Shown: positions 7,455 to 16,481 of the stretch, piece after piece | Numbering within the stretch: the stretch's first letter is position 1 | How the letters are laid out: every line of letters begins with the position of its first letter | NCBI GenBank assembly: GCA_030149205.1 | Contig: JASBSB010000001.1 | Location: forward strand, 134,357 to 198,356 | Source: Candidatus Heimdallarchaeota archaeon | Lineage (GTDB): Archaea; Asgardarchaeota; Heimdallarchaeia; Heimdallarchaeales; Kariarchaeaceae | Direction: 5' to 3' | DNA: 64,000 bases | Position numbers and translations under genes: made by a program | The notes under the pieces: generated by a model | What the model saw: only the letters and a program-made list of their open reading frames with translations | The model's database searches: none | What the model was told of the DNA's origin: nothing

Positions 7455-8597
7455 TTAATCCAGGTGTTTATTGTTTTTCTTAATATGCTGCAATGTATCT
7501 TCATTGTGAGCTGCCAAATACTCAAAAGAATTGTCATACATAGTTTGATTTAATCTATGAATAATGTCACTTTTTACGAAAATACTATATTCAACAGGAG
7601 TTTTGTTATCAATTGTAGATAAATTATTTGTTATGTATTTCATAAAATTTTCCAGATTTAACAATCCTATCGCAATTGTGGGATTAATTGGTATGTAATA
7701 TTCTAACATAACTGATACTCCATTTACTATTAACTCTGCTATAATCAATGGATTGTCTGAAGTAATTAATTCTACAGGGTGGTCTTGAGGATTTAGTCCA
7801 GATAGATTAATTATGATGATCGGCCTGAGTTCAGTATGTTTTAGTGGTTTATCAACTGTTTCATCAGGCAATTTTTGTAAAACTTCTCTGATTTTATTTT
7901 CAATTTCGATTTGACTATCTTTATGATCTAAAGATTTCTTTATTCCGATACTAATATTTTTACTTATTAAGGATATCATACCTTGTAAGTCGTTTTTTAA
8001 AAAATACCCCTGTGCTTTTTGTAAAAACACCTCGTCATATTTAATATTACTTTGATATAGAATCTCCTGTGTTTCAGTGCTAATAAAACTAAAATCCAAT
8101 ATCTTACTAAATTTCATGTAATTTCTAAATGAAGGTGTTCTAAACGTTAGATGATTAATAAAATCACATAAAATTTCGAAATTTGATTGCAAATGCATAG
8201 CATCTATGAAAGTCTCCGCAAATTTTTTTATATCTAATGATTTTTTGAATATGTTATCTCTATTACTAGGGTTGTAAATTTTTATTTTCTCAGTTTGAAA
8301 ATTTAATTTTTCTAATCCAGTAAAGAACTTAGCGACTTTATCCTCAGCTTCACTCATCAAATCGTCAATCAGTTCCTCTAAAAACCTTGGAGAATAAAAA
8401 CTTTGATTAATCTTTTTTTTGTCAATATCCCCAGTCTTTTTGTTCAACCTAAATACTCTTTTCTTTTTGTTATCTTTTTCAAAATCCTCCTCAATAACAA
8501 AATTTCGTAGAAACCACTGAGGAATATAATGTTGTTTTCTGCCTGACATGAACATAACTGTGGAATAATTGTATATTATAGTATTTGAACGAGACAT
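7455..8597 (-). CDS. DUF4238-like protein (function unknown)
   Basis: The N-terminal motif GRKQHYIPQWFLRNF matches the H-Y-[IV]-P-Q-x-[FY]-L-x-x-F signature of DUF4238. The rest is unassigned. It lies in the same low-GC block as the Argonaute operon. Confidence 0.55.
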   Translation of the reverse strand: MSRSNTIIYNYSTVMFMSGRKQHYIPQWFLRNFVIEEDFEKDNKKKRVFRLNKKTGDIDKKKINQSFYSPRFLEELIDDLMSEAEDKVAKFFTGLEKLNFQTEKIKIYNPSNRDNIFKKSLDIKKFAETFIDAMHLQSNFEILCDFINHLTFRTPSFRNYMKFSKILDFSFISTETQEILYQSNIKYDEVFLQKAQGYFLKNDLQGMISLISKNISIGIKKSLDHKDSQIEIENKIREVLQKLPDETVDKPLKHTELRPIIIINLSGLNPQDHPVELITSDNPLIIAELIVNGVSVMLEYYIPINPTIAIGLLNLENFMKYITNNLSTIDNKTPVEYSIFVKSDIIHRLNQTMYDNSFEYLAAHNEDTLQHIKKNNKHLD

Positions 8598-8704
8598 TAC
8601 AAAATTAATCGATAATTAGATCATTTTCTGAAATTTCAAAGGTTTGTGTTAACAAAAATAATATTAGTCAATATTTCAGACTTGTGTTTCAATCAACAAC
8701 TAAT

Positions 8705-9319
8705 CTACGAATCGAAACCTTCAATTTCTTCAAGATCGTCATAGGTCTGTCTAACTGCTTGATGAACTTGATCTTCGGTCTTTGCACCAGTACACACAAG
8801 ATTCCCACTTTGGAAGAGCAACAATACTGTTTTAGGTTCTTTTAATCGATAGATAAGTCCAGGAAACTGCTCAGGTTCATACATTGATTGTTCTAACCAC
8901 ATGTTTGCGGCTTCAAGGTTAATCACCCTATTGTTGAAATTCCCAGAGGCAACAATATTTTGGACGATAATTTCAGGAGTCTCTTCAATGGTTGTGCCCA
9001 CAGTTCTTAGGATATCAATCATCTGATAAACACCTTGATGAACCATTTCCTCAGATTTTGCACCCGTTATAACCAGTTTACCACTTGAAAACACAAGGGA
9101 TGAGATTTTAGGCTTTTTAGTTTTTAAGATCAGACCAGGAAACTGTTCTGGGTTATAGCTTACTTCTAATTCATCATCATCAATTAACTGTTGAAAGATA
9201 CTGACTAAATCTATGTTTGTGAACAGGTTAACTGAAGCTACACAGTTTTGGATTATAATTTTGAAATCTAATCCGTCGTCTTTGTTTTTTTCTCTTGAGG
9301 GAAGTGTTTCTTGACTCAT
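8705..9319 (-). CDS. tbp: TATA-box binding protein
   Basis: Two direct repeats are present, each with QNxVAS...EQFPGLI...SGKLVITGAK / SGNLVCTGAK. Confidence 0.95.
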   Translation of the reverse strand: MSQETLPSREKNKDDGLDFKIIIQNCVASVNLFTNIDLVSIFQQLIDDDELEVSYNPEQFPGLILKTKKPKISSLVFSSGKLVITGAKSEEMVHQGVYQMIDILRTVGTTIEETPEIIVQNIVASGNFNNRVINLEAANMWLEQSMYEPEQFPGLIYRLKEPKTVLLLFQSGNLVCTGAKTEDQVHQAVRQTYDDLEEIEGFDS

Positions 9320-9461
9320 CTTGATTCAAAATGATTAAGAACTTGCTCTTTTATAAGGCTTAGTAAAAATATCTTTTATTTTGTATGTTCTGATACATAA
9401 AAACACACGCTTGAATTGTAAAGAGAATGCATTTTTCTACAATTTTCCTACGACACAGTAA

Positions 9462-10007
9462 CTATTTTCTTACAAGCTTTTGGTTATCTTGAATCTTCCC
9501 AGCAATTTGCTCAATTTTTAATTCTAGAACCTTGATGATTTTTGTATTGTCGAACTCTTCAAGTGTTTCCCCACATTTTGGACAGATGAAATCATACTCC
9601 ATAGCTTCGTTGAACGTCAAACGGTAACACTCCTTCTTTCCACATGTGAAAAACATGTTTTCCTTCTCATGTTGAAGCCGTTCCATAAGTTTCCATTGTA
9701 TTGCCCTCTGTTTCTTAATAACGACAGAGTTTATGTTTTCAGTCAGTAGTTTCCAAAAATAAATATACCAACCTGTGTTTTTATCCCTGATCCTACGAAA
9801 ACTTGCTATCTCCAAATCATGGAGTTTATACAAGGATTTTCTAACCTCATCAAGTTTAATGTTTAGCTCATCTGCTATAAATTCATCTGTAACCTCTTCA
9901 TCTTGATCAATAAGTAGAATGGTTACTTTTCGGATCTCAGGTCCGGCTACATCCTCCACCATATCTAATAATGTTTGTCTTTCTTGCTCGTTAACTACCA
10001 AATCCAC
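9462..10007 (-). CDS. tfe: Transcription factor E (TFE alpha, TFIIE-alpha homologue)
   Basis: N-terminal wHTH (DEFIADELNIKLDEVRKSLYKLHD) followed by a Zn-ribbon (FFTCGKKEC...FICPKCGETL). Confidence 0.85.
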   Translation of the reverse strand: MDLVVNEQERQTLLDMVEDVAGPEIRKVTILLIDQDEEVTDEFIADELNIKLDEVRKSLYKLHDLEIASFRRIRDKNTGWYIYFWKLLTENINSVVIKKQRAIQWKLMERLQHEKENMFFTCGKKECYRLTFNEAMEYDFICPKCGETLEEFDNTKIIKVLELKIEQIAGKIQDNQKLVRK

Positions 10008-10175
10008 AACCTTTATCGAATTGATTACCAGAGGAATACCCTAATTAACATTAATTTTTGGTATTAAAACCCATATGATGTTGTACTAATCAATTTCACA
10101 TAAATTAGCATCAAGCTGAATAATAACTTTTTATTTGCAAAACTAACAAAGGTTTTAGATTTACCTAACAAATAT

Positions 10176-10766
10176 GTGGTTGTGTTAAAGCTAATTCATC
10201 TAAACATTATGAGGATGGTGGATGGAAAACCTCAGGGAGTGCCAATTTGGAAGACCCCACTAGATCCTGAAAAACACCCAAATTTGTCAGATGATACAAT
10301 CACAACGACGCTAGTGAGTCTTTCAAAGCGATTTGTACGACCATCCTTAGAGGGAAAAAATTATAATTTTGTAAAACTTTCCTTTAATAACATCATTTTT
10401 GATATTTACCTCCCTTCCAGTGGAAAAGATCAGTTTGCTTTAATCACTATCTTTCAATCTGAACCCCCAATAAAGACAACAGAAAAAGAAAGAGATGAAT
10501 TGATTTTAACCTTAGTCTCAAAGATTAAGAAGATAGAAGAATTTAGAAAGGTATTCACAAAAAGTTTTGGGGATCAAAGTTTAGAGATTGAATTCAATTC
10601 CACTCTGTACAAAAAAATCCTCAGTGTGGTCTTTGATGAGGTCGAAAAGTTCAACAACATTAAACTGCATAAACTGAAAGAGGAGATTGAAAAGAAAAGG
10701 AGGATACAGGAGGAGAAAATAGAAAAATTCATGTCAGATACTGAAAATACAGAGGATAATGAATAA
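10176..10766 (+). CDS. Hypothetical protein; possible Roadblock/longin-like alpha/beta domain plus C-terminal charged coiled coil
   Basis: The ORF starts with GTG; ATG codons at M12/M14 are alternatives. A beta-beta-alpha-beta-beta-beta-alpha-like hydrophobic pattern is seen by eye only. The C-terminus is EEIEKKRRIQEEKIEK. Confidence 0.4.
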   Translation: MVVLKLIHLNIMRMVDGKPQGVPIWKTPLDPEKHPNLSDDTITTTLVSLSKRFVRPSLEGKNYNFVKLSFNNIIFDIYLPSSGKDQFALITIFQSEPPIKTTEKERDELILTLVSKIKKIEEFRKVFTKSFGDQSLEIEFNSTLYKKILSVVFDEVEKFNNIKLHKLKEEIEKKRRIQEEKIEKFMSDTENTEDNE

Positions 10767-10829
10767 ATCATCACTCTAAATTACCTCTGTGATGAAAATA
10801 TTTAATATAAAAGTGAATTATGTTAAGTA

Positions 10830-11672
10830 TTGAATCTTTTTGATAAGTATTCCCCGAATAAAAAGAATACAGAAATCAGGGTGGGGACTGTAGAAGAGAA
10901 TTTTGTTTTAGAAGAACAACCATCAAGGGAAATTGTTTTTAAGTCAGCCAGTGAAATATTAGAGGACTCAAAGCTCTCCCAACCAATAAGTACTGGGGTC
11001 TCGGGTCTAAATCAGCTTTTGCATGGAGGAATAGAGCGAGGTAGTATTACGGAAGTGTTTGGCTCTCCCACGGTTGGCAAATCTCAATTTGCCTTTCAAA
11101 TAACCAAGAATAATTCTCTTGGGAAGTATAAACCAATTAGCATTTTTATTGATACCGAAGGTACTTTTAAACCTCAAAGAATTGTACAAATGTTGAAACA
11201 TCAAAAAGCAAGTCAATCATCAACCAAAGATGTTCTTGACAATATTATGGTGTTCTCAGTGAGTAATTATAAGGATCAAATAAAGGTGGTTCAAAGCATT
11301 TTTCAAATGCCAAATCTGGAGAATGTTGGGCTAATTGTAATTGATTCTCTAACAAACCTTTTCAGAGCTCAATTGAGCTCAAAAAGCCAAATTATCAGAA
11401 GACAGCAACTTATTAATCTTCAACTGTCGAAATTAAGAAGTTTAGCACAGAGAAACAAAATCGCAGTTCTTGTTACAAATCAGGTCGGAATGGATTACCA
11501 AGCCCAACGAAATATTCCAGTTGGTGGAAATATTCTTGCACATGGGGTGACCCATAGGCTACAGATAGAGAGAATGGACGGTGGAAATAAACGATTGTTT
11601 AAAATCGTTAGCTCTCCTTTCATACCAGAAGGTGTAATTGAATTACGTTTGACTGAACAAGGGTTAATCTGA
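10830..11672 (+). CDS. RadA/Rad51-family recombinase paralogue lacking the N-terminal HhH domain (RadB-like)
   Basis: Walker A GSPTVGKSQ, IDTEGTFKPQRIVQ, Walker B LIVIDSLTNLFRA, RRQQL...VLVTNQV and VGGNILAHGVTHRL. TTG start. Confidence 0.8.
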   Translation: MNLFDKYSPNKKNTEIRVGTVEENFVLEEQPSREIVFKSASEILEDSKLSQPISTGVSGLNQLLHGGIERGSITEVFGSPTVGKSQFAFQITKNNSLGKYKPISIFIDTEGTFKPQRIVQMLKHQKASQSSTKDVLDNIMVFSVSNYKDQIKVVQSIFQMPNLENVGLIVIDSLTNLFRAQLSSKSQIIRRQQLINLQLSKLRSLAQRNKIAVLVTNQVGMDYQAQRNIPVGGNILAHGVTHRLQIERMDGGNKRLFKIVSSPFIPEGVIELRLTEQGLI

Positions 11673-12020
11673 ATTCTCAAAGAAATCTGTAATACTCTTT
11701 TGACTCATCCTTTTTTCTAATCTCTCTAGCTTCATATCTTTGAATTCTTGAAGCAGTGAATTTGCTTCGTCATCCAATGCAAAAGCGAGAACAATTTGAT
11801 CTTTTAGAACATCCACATCAGCTAACTCCTCAATAAAATTGGTAAAAAAAAGATTGTTGTTATCGGTCAACTTGATAACACCATCCTTTGTGGCTTGTCT
11901 TAGTTTGATTGTTGCTTGAAGGAGTTCACCTAACTCTTCAATTAGTTTGTCTATCTGATGATTGATCCCAAATGTCTTGACTGCTTTTAAACTGATCTCC
12001 CGTCGTTTGTTAGCATCCAT
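11664..12020 (-). CDS. MazG-like nucleotide pyrophosphohydrolase domain protein
   Basis: Paired EExxE/D helices are present: IEELGELLQA and IEELADVDVL. Confidence 0.65.
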   Translation of the reverse strand: MDANKRREISLKAVKTFGINHQIDKLIEELGELLQATIKLRQATKDGVIKLTDNNNLFFTNFIEELADVDVLKDQIVLAFALDDEANSLLQEFKDMKLERLEKRMSQKSITDFFENSD

Positions 12021-12143
12021 CTCTATTCATTTAGTATTTCCTTAAATTATAAAGTCATCTATGAAATCAAGGGAACATTAATTCAGTAACCAATTAATTT
12101 CTAATAATTTTATTCATCGTTTTATGAAACCCTTTATACTGAT

Positions 12144-12548
12144 TTATTCATATCTCCAGCTAATTACAGTATTATTAACAGGAACCATCTGGTCGACTGC
12201 TAAAGAACCCCGAACATTATTGAGGTAGTATATCCAAAATGCATTTGATCGATTAATGTTGTTAAACACTCCATCAATGGAGGTAACAAAATATCCCAAA
12301 TTAGGATACACCTTAATTGTAACGTTGTTATCAAGGATTGTCAAGTTATAAACTGTAAGTGTGGTGTTGAGGAGATAAGATTTTTGGATATCCGGTTTTA
12401 TTCCATTAAACTTGACTTCTAGAGAATAATAGATTAAACCAACCGAAACACCTCCTTTTTGTTGATTTTGATTAAAGAGATACAAAGCGCCAGTTAATGT
12501 AATTAAGATAAATAACAACATCACCAAGAACAATAGAGTTCTTTTCAT
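12144..12548 (-). CDS. DUF4430-domain membrane-anchored protein (commonly next to ECF/cobalamin-type transporters)
   Basis: N-terminal TM helix. The C-terminus (GYFVTSIDGV...NAFWIYYLNNVRGSLAVDQ...VISWRYE) matches the DUF4430 pattern. ATGA overlap with the upstream gene. Confidence 0.6.
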   Translation of the reverse strand: MKRTLLFLVMLLFILITLTGALYLFNQNQQKGGVSVGLIYYSLEVKFNGIKPDIQKSYLLNTTLTVYNLTILDNNVTIKVYPNLGYFVTSIDGVFNNINRSNAFWIYYLNNVRGSLAVDQMVPVNNTVISWRYE

Positions 12549-13174
12549 TTATTGACCCCACGTGATTGAAGTAAATAATCATAGTTTATCTGTACGACGG
12601 GTAACACTGTTCTTTCTATATAGGGCAATGTGGCAAATAGATAGCTGTTTGCAACTACATGAATAATGGTAAAATTTATTCCAAATATAAATGTGGTCAG
12701 ATAGACCGAGATAAATTCAAGAGGAGTTGTAATGAAGAACAAGCTTGTTCCTAAGGTCACCACCATATCCCAAATAAGTGTAAAGAAGGCACCAATTATC
12801 AGAAATTCATAAGCCTTCTCGACTTTGAACTTATAACTTAAATGACCAGCAATCAAAAATAACAACCAGCCTATAACTTTAAGTGGGAATACAAGCAACC
12901 CTAACCCAAAAGTAAGTGAGGCTAATACTTCCCAGGAAAATATTATAACCAAACTCGTCACCAAGGCAAATTTTGTCCTAAATAAATACCCAATGAAAAA
13001 GATACTAAAAGAAATTATCTCCACATTTGGTATAGTGATGAGTAACCAGTTAATTCCAAGAACTGCTGCTCCAAGTTCAATCATTAATGCTTTGGTTTGC
13101 AGCTTCTCATCTGTGGACTCGAAATTTGAGATAATTTCATACGTATTTTCCTCTGTCTTAGTATGTGAATTCAA
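12545..13174 (-). CDS. Polytopic membrane protein, ECF-transporter S-component-like
   Basis: About 6 hydrophobic helices. It lies divergent to an ECF A-A-T module and is coupled to the DUF4430 gene. The assignment rests on context. Confidence 0.45.
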   Translation of the reverse strand: MNSHTKTEENTYEIISNFESTDEKLQTKALMIELGAAVLGINWLLITIPNVEIISFSIFFIGYLFRTKFALVTSLVIIFSWEVLASLTFGLGLLVFPLKVIGWLLFLIAGHLSYKFKVEKAYEFLIIGAFFTLIWDMVVTLGTSLFFITTPLEFISVYLTTFIFGINFTIIHVVANSYLFATLPYIERTVLPVVQINYDYLLQSRGVNK

Positions 13175-13223
13175 TTGATTTCTTTACCTAGTTTAATTAA
13201 TAGGATTTTTAACCTATAACTTA

Positions 13224-14531
13224 GTGACAGGTTCAACTGAACCTAGATTAACAACAGAAGACCTAGGAATTTCGTATACTCACCCATCAGAGGTTAAAGT
13301 TTTCGAGCACGTAGATTTGACCATTACTCAGGGGAAGATTGTACTAATCACCGGAAAAAATGGATCGGGAAAGTCTACGCTAATTTCAACTTTACTTCAA
13401 GCACATGCTAAAGGCTCAATCAAAAGCTCAGGAAGAATAAAAATTCTAAAAGGTGAAACGTTAAACTATTTATCACAAAAACCGGCATTCCACCTTCTAA
13501 CGCAGCGGGTAGATGAAGAGCTAGCCAGCCCCTTAGGATTTAAAAGAGTCCCAAGGGAAGAAAGGAGACATAGAGTTATTGATGTAATAAATCAATTTAA
13601 TTTCAAACCGACTCTCGAAAGGAATCCATTAAAACTGTCTTCGGGTGAACAACAGCTTCTGTTATTGATGGTGGGAAAAATTTCAGATTCTGATATTTTT
13701 CTTTTAGACGAACCATTTTCAATGCTTGATAAAACAAACGAAGAGTCAGTCATCAGTGCGTTGAACGTCTTAAAGGGACTCGGGAAGAGTATAGTTGTCG
13801 TATCACATCGACCACCTTTAAATTTGCTAAAATATATTGACAACATATTTTTGATTGAAGATTTTAGATTAAAACAAACTTCAATTCCCACATTCAAAAA
13901 TCACTTAGAACATTTGCAGGAGTTTGTAAATAGCTTACTGTCCAAATCAACTCAAAAGGAAAGGAATTTAGCCATTTATTGGGACAGTATGATATCTGTA
14001 GGAAGAGCTGAGATGTTATTTCAATGCCCTCCCATGAATATTAACTCTGGAGAGATCGTATGTTTTAGTGGATCAAACGGTTCAGGTAAAACTACATTTT
14101 TGTTAACCCTACATGGAAGCATTTCACCATTGGAAGGGTCGGTAACCAAAAAAGCAAAGACAAAGTTTGTACCTGCTGATCCACTACTTTTCTTTATGGA
14201 TGGAGAAATAAAGTCCTTGCTTAAAGAATACAAAATTGATAAAATGGATATTCCTAACAAATTCAAATCTGTGGAGACAATATTCCAACTTTCAGAGGGA
14301 CAACAAAAACTATTTGGCTTGTTCTTGGTATTTTTTAGTGACACAGAGATTCTTTTATTAGATGAGCCTACGTTTGCATTAGATAGTGAAAACATTAAAC
14401 TCCTATTAAAATGGTTAAGTGAGACTGAAAAGACTGTAATTATCGCATCGCATGAAGTTTTATTGTTTGGAAAACTACCTAATAAGTCGTACACAATCAC
14501 TTCCAAAAAGGCAATTAAGATGAGGAGATAA
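13224..14531 (+). CDS. ECF/ABC transporter ATPase, fused double ATP-binding cassette (EcfA1-EcfA2-like)
   Basis: Two cassettes are present: GKNGSGKST / LSSGEQQLL / FLLDEP and GSNGSGKTT / LSEGQQKLF / LLLDEPT. GTG start. Confidence 0.85.
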   Translation: MTGSTEPRLTTEDLGISYTHPSEVKVFEHVDLTITQGKIVLITGKNGSGKSTLISTLLQAHAKGSIKSSGRIKILKGETLNYLSQKPAFHLLTQRVDEELASPLGFKRVPREERRHRVIDVINQFNFKPTLERNPLKLSSGEQQLLLLMVGKISDSDIFLLDEPFSMLDKTNEESVISALNVLKGLGKSIVVVSHRPPLNLLKYIDNIFLIEDFRLKQTSIPTFKNHLEHLQEFVNSLLSKSTQKERNLAIYWDSMISVGRAEMLFQCPPMNINSGEIVCFSGSNGSGKTTFLLTLHGSISPLEGSVTKKAKTKFVPADPLLFFMDGEIKSLLKEYKIDKMDIPNKFKSVETIFQLSEGQQKLFGLFLVFFSDTEILLLDEPTFALDSENIKLLLKWLSETEKTVIIASHEVLLFGKLPNKSYTITSKKAIKMRR

Positions 14532-14536
14532 CTTAA

Positions 14537-15217
14537 ATGGAAGTTGAATTTCGAATAAAATTGCTGCTCGTACTGCTCCCCTTTGGATTAACATTTCTAA
14601 ACGTACTTCCCTCTCTACATTTTCTGCTTGTATTTTCTCTCGGACTTGCTCTCGTTAGTCTAGGTTATAGAAAAGTTATTTCTCTATTGTGGTCACTCAA
14701 ATGGATTATTTTGTTGGCCTCGTTGATTTTAATCCTAATTTCCCCCAATTTTTTAACTTTAAATTTCCTTGAGAAATTTTTGATAATGATTGGATTATTG
14801 GCTTTTTTAACAACTCAACTCAACTCTAGTGAGCTTTATGACCTGATGATTAAATCAAAGTTCCCTCATACATTTGCTTGGACAGTAACTCAAATTCAGA
14901 GAAATATGGAGTTTTTTGTTGATGAATTTCAAATTCTCCTTGAGATTCATAAAAGTAATCTAGATCAGGGATTCTTGTTACAAAGAATTAAAGCCCGTGT
15001 TAAATTTTCCACGTCGCTTTTAATCCTGGCATATGTTAGAGCTATACAAAGAGCAAAAATTCTTCCAATAACCTTACGTTCAAGAGGATGGAAGGGGGCA
15101 CACGAAAATTTATTTTTAAACATCACTCCAAAGCCTACAAATTGGCTAACAGTGCTGTTGATCTTTTCTGTCGAATTAATCGCAATTATTGGTACATATA
15201 CATTCACACTTACATAA
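14537..15217 (+). CDS. ecfT: ECF transporter transmembrane (T) component, CbiQ/EcfT family
   Basis: Multi-TM protein immediately after the ATPase. It has coupling-helix Arg motifs (AYVRAIQRAKILPITLRSRGW). Confidence 0.7.
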   Translation: MEVEFRIKLLLVLLPFGLTFLNVLPSLHFLLVFSLGLALVSLGYRKVISLLWSLKWIILLASLILILISPNFLTLNFLEKFLIMIGLLAFLTTQLNSSELYDLMIKSKFPHTFAWTVTQIQRNMEFFVDEFQILLEIHKSNLDQGFLLQRIKARVKFSTSLLILAYVRAIQRAKILPITLRSRGWKGAHENLFLNITPKPTNWLTVLLIFSVELIAIIGTYTFTLT

Positions 15218-15248
15218 AATATAGATAGAAGAAGATGGAATCTAAGTT

Positions 15249-16481
15249 ATGGCTGAAGCCCTTGATCAATACGAGATTGACCTGAGAATTTATGATGGTG
15301 TGGAGGGAAACTTCCTCTGGTACCAAAATTATTTTCAAACTCAGAGGGAAGATTATTTTAACAAGGGAATTGAAGGCTCGGTAACATCTAAGGTCATATC
15401 ATATTTTTTTGGTGGAATGGAGAACTTGGTAAAGGCTGATTCTTATTTTTGGAAGGGTGATTTCAAATCAGCTGTAAATGAATATACAAAGTCTCTCCGT
15501 GAGTTTAGTCTTTTTAAATCTTCAAGAGGAGCGAGCTTTAAACTTGATCTGTTAACACTTAAAAATATTCATTGGGTTAAAGGTATGATAGCTCTAAGCA
15601 GAGCCCTTCAAATGCCAGGTGACAAAAAATCCTTTGATTACTTCTCCGAAGCCCTGTTAGAATTTAACAATGAAGTTAATCAATCCACTGAAATGAAAGA
15701 AGAAATTAGTATGCTGGTGTCATTTTCGAGAGCTTCATTAACAGAAGCATTACTCTGGCAAGCGCGTGGAAACCAGGTAGAGATTGATAACAGCGCCGAA
15801 GCAAAAAGAAGATTGATGAAGGCAAGATCCGCAGTCCGACAGGCACAATACATTAACAAGTTAGTGACTGAATTTACCGAAAGTATAGAAGAAAATCTAG
15901 ATAACTTAACTCGAAAGCGGATTTTGGTGAAAGCAGATAAACTTGCGGTCCAAGGAACCATTGCGTCAGAAAAATCCGATTATCTTTCAGCAAAACAACT
16001 CTTTATTCAATCCAATCTTTTTTATAATAGAGCTGCTCAATTAGCCGAATCTGCGGGAAATAGAAGGATATTACTTTCAATGTCTAAGGTTATGGAAGCA
16101 TCAATTTTTGAATGTGACGCCAATGAGATGTATCGAAAAAATAACAATCTCAAAGAGGCACAGCTCAAATTTGATGAGGGCTCTTTGATAATAGATAAAG
16201 CAATCGCTTTATTGGGGTCATTGGGTTCATCGGAACTTAGAGACTCGTTCACTGCCCAAAGAGATTACTATTCAGCAATGGCTCTCTATTGTAAAGCAAC
16301 ACAAAGCTTTGATGAAGAAATTTATGATGAAGCTAAGGAGTTGTACCTGACTGCAAAGGACAAATTCCTCTCAGCAATTCAATTAGGTAAGAAATCTCAG
16401 AACACCACTATTGTGGAATTAACAGGTCAAGCACTTGCAGAAGTAGAAAGTTATTTACAACTGTGTGATACATTTCTTTAG
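15249..16481 (+). CDS. Hypothetical all-alpha (TPR-like?) protein
   Basis: Long ORF with amphipathic-helix periodicity. No catalytic or binding motif recognised. Confidence 0.45.
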   Translation: MAEALDQYEIDLRIYDGVEGNFLWYQNYFQTQREDYFNKGIEGSVTSKVISYFFGGMENLVKADSYFWKGDFKSAVNEYTKSLREFSLFKSSRGASFKLDLLTLKNIHWVKGMIALSRALQMPGDKKSFDYFSEALLEFNNEVNQSTEMKEEISMLVSFSRASLTEALLWQARGNQVEIDNSAEAKRRLMKARSAVRQAQYINKLVTEFTESIEENLDNLTRKRILVKADKLAVQGTIASEKSDYLSAKQLFIQSNLFYNRAAQLAESAGNRRILLSMSKVMEASIFECDANEMYRKNNNLKEAQLKFDEGSLIIDKAIALLGSLGSSELRDSFTAQRDYYSAMALYCKATQSFDEEIYDEAKELYLTAKDKFLSAIQLGKKSQNTTIVELTGQALAEVESYLQLCDTFL

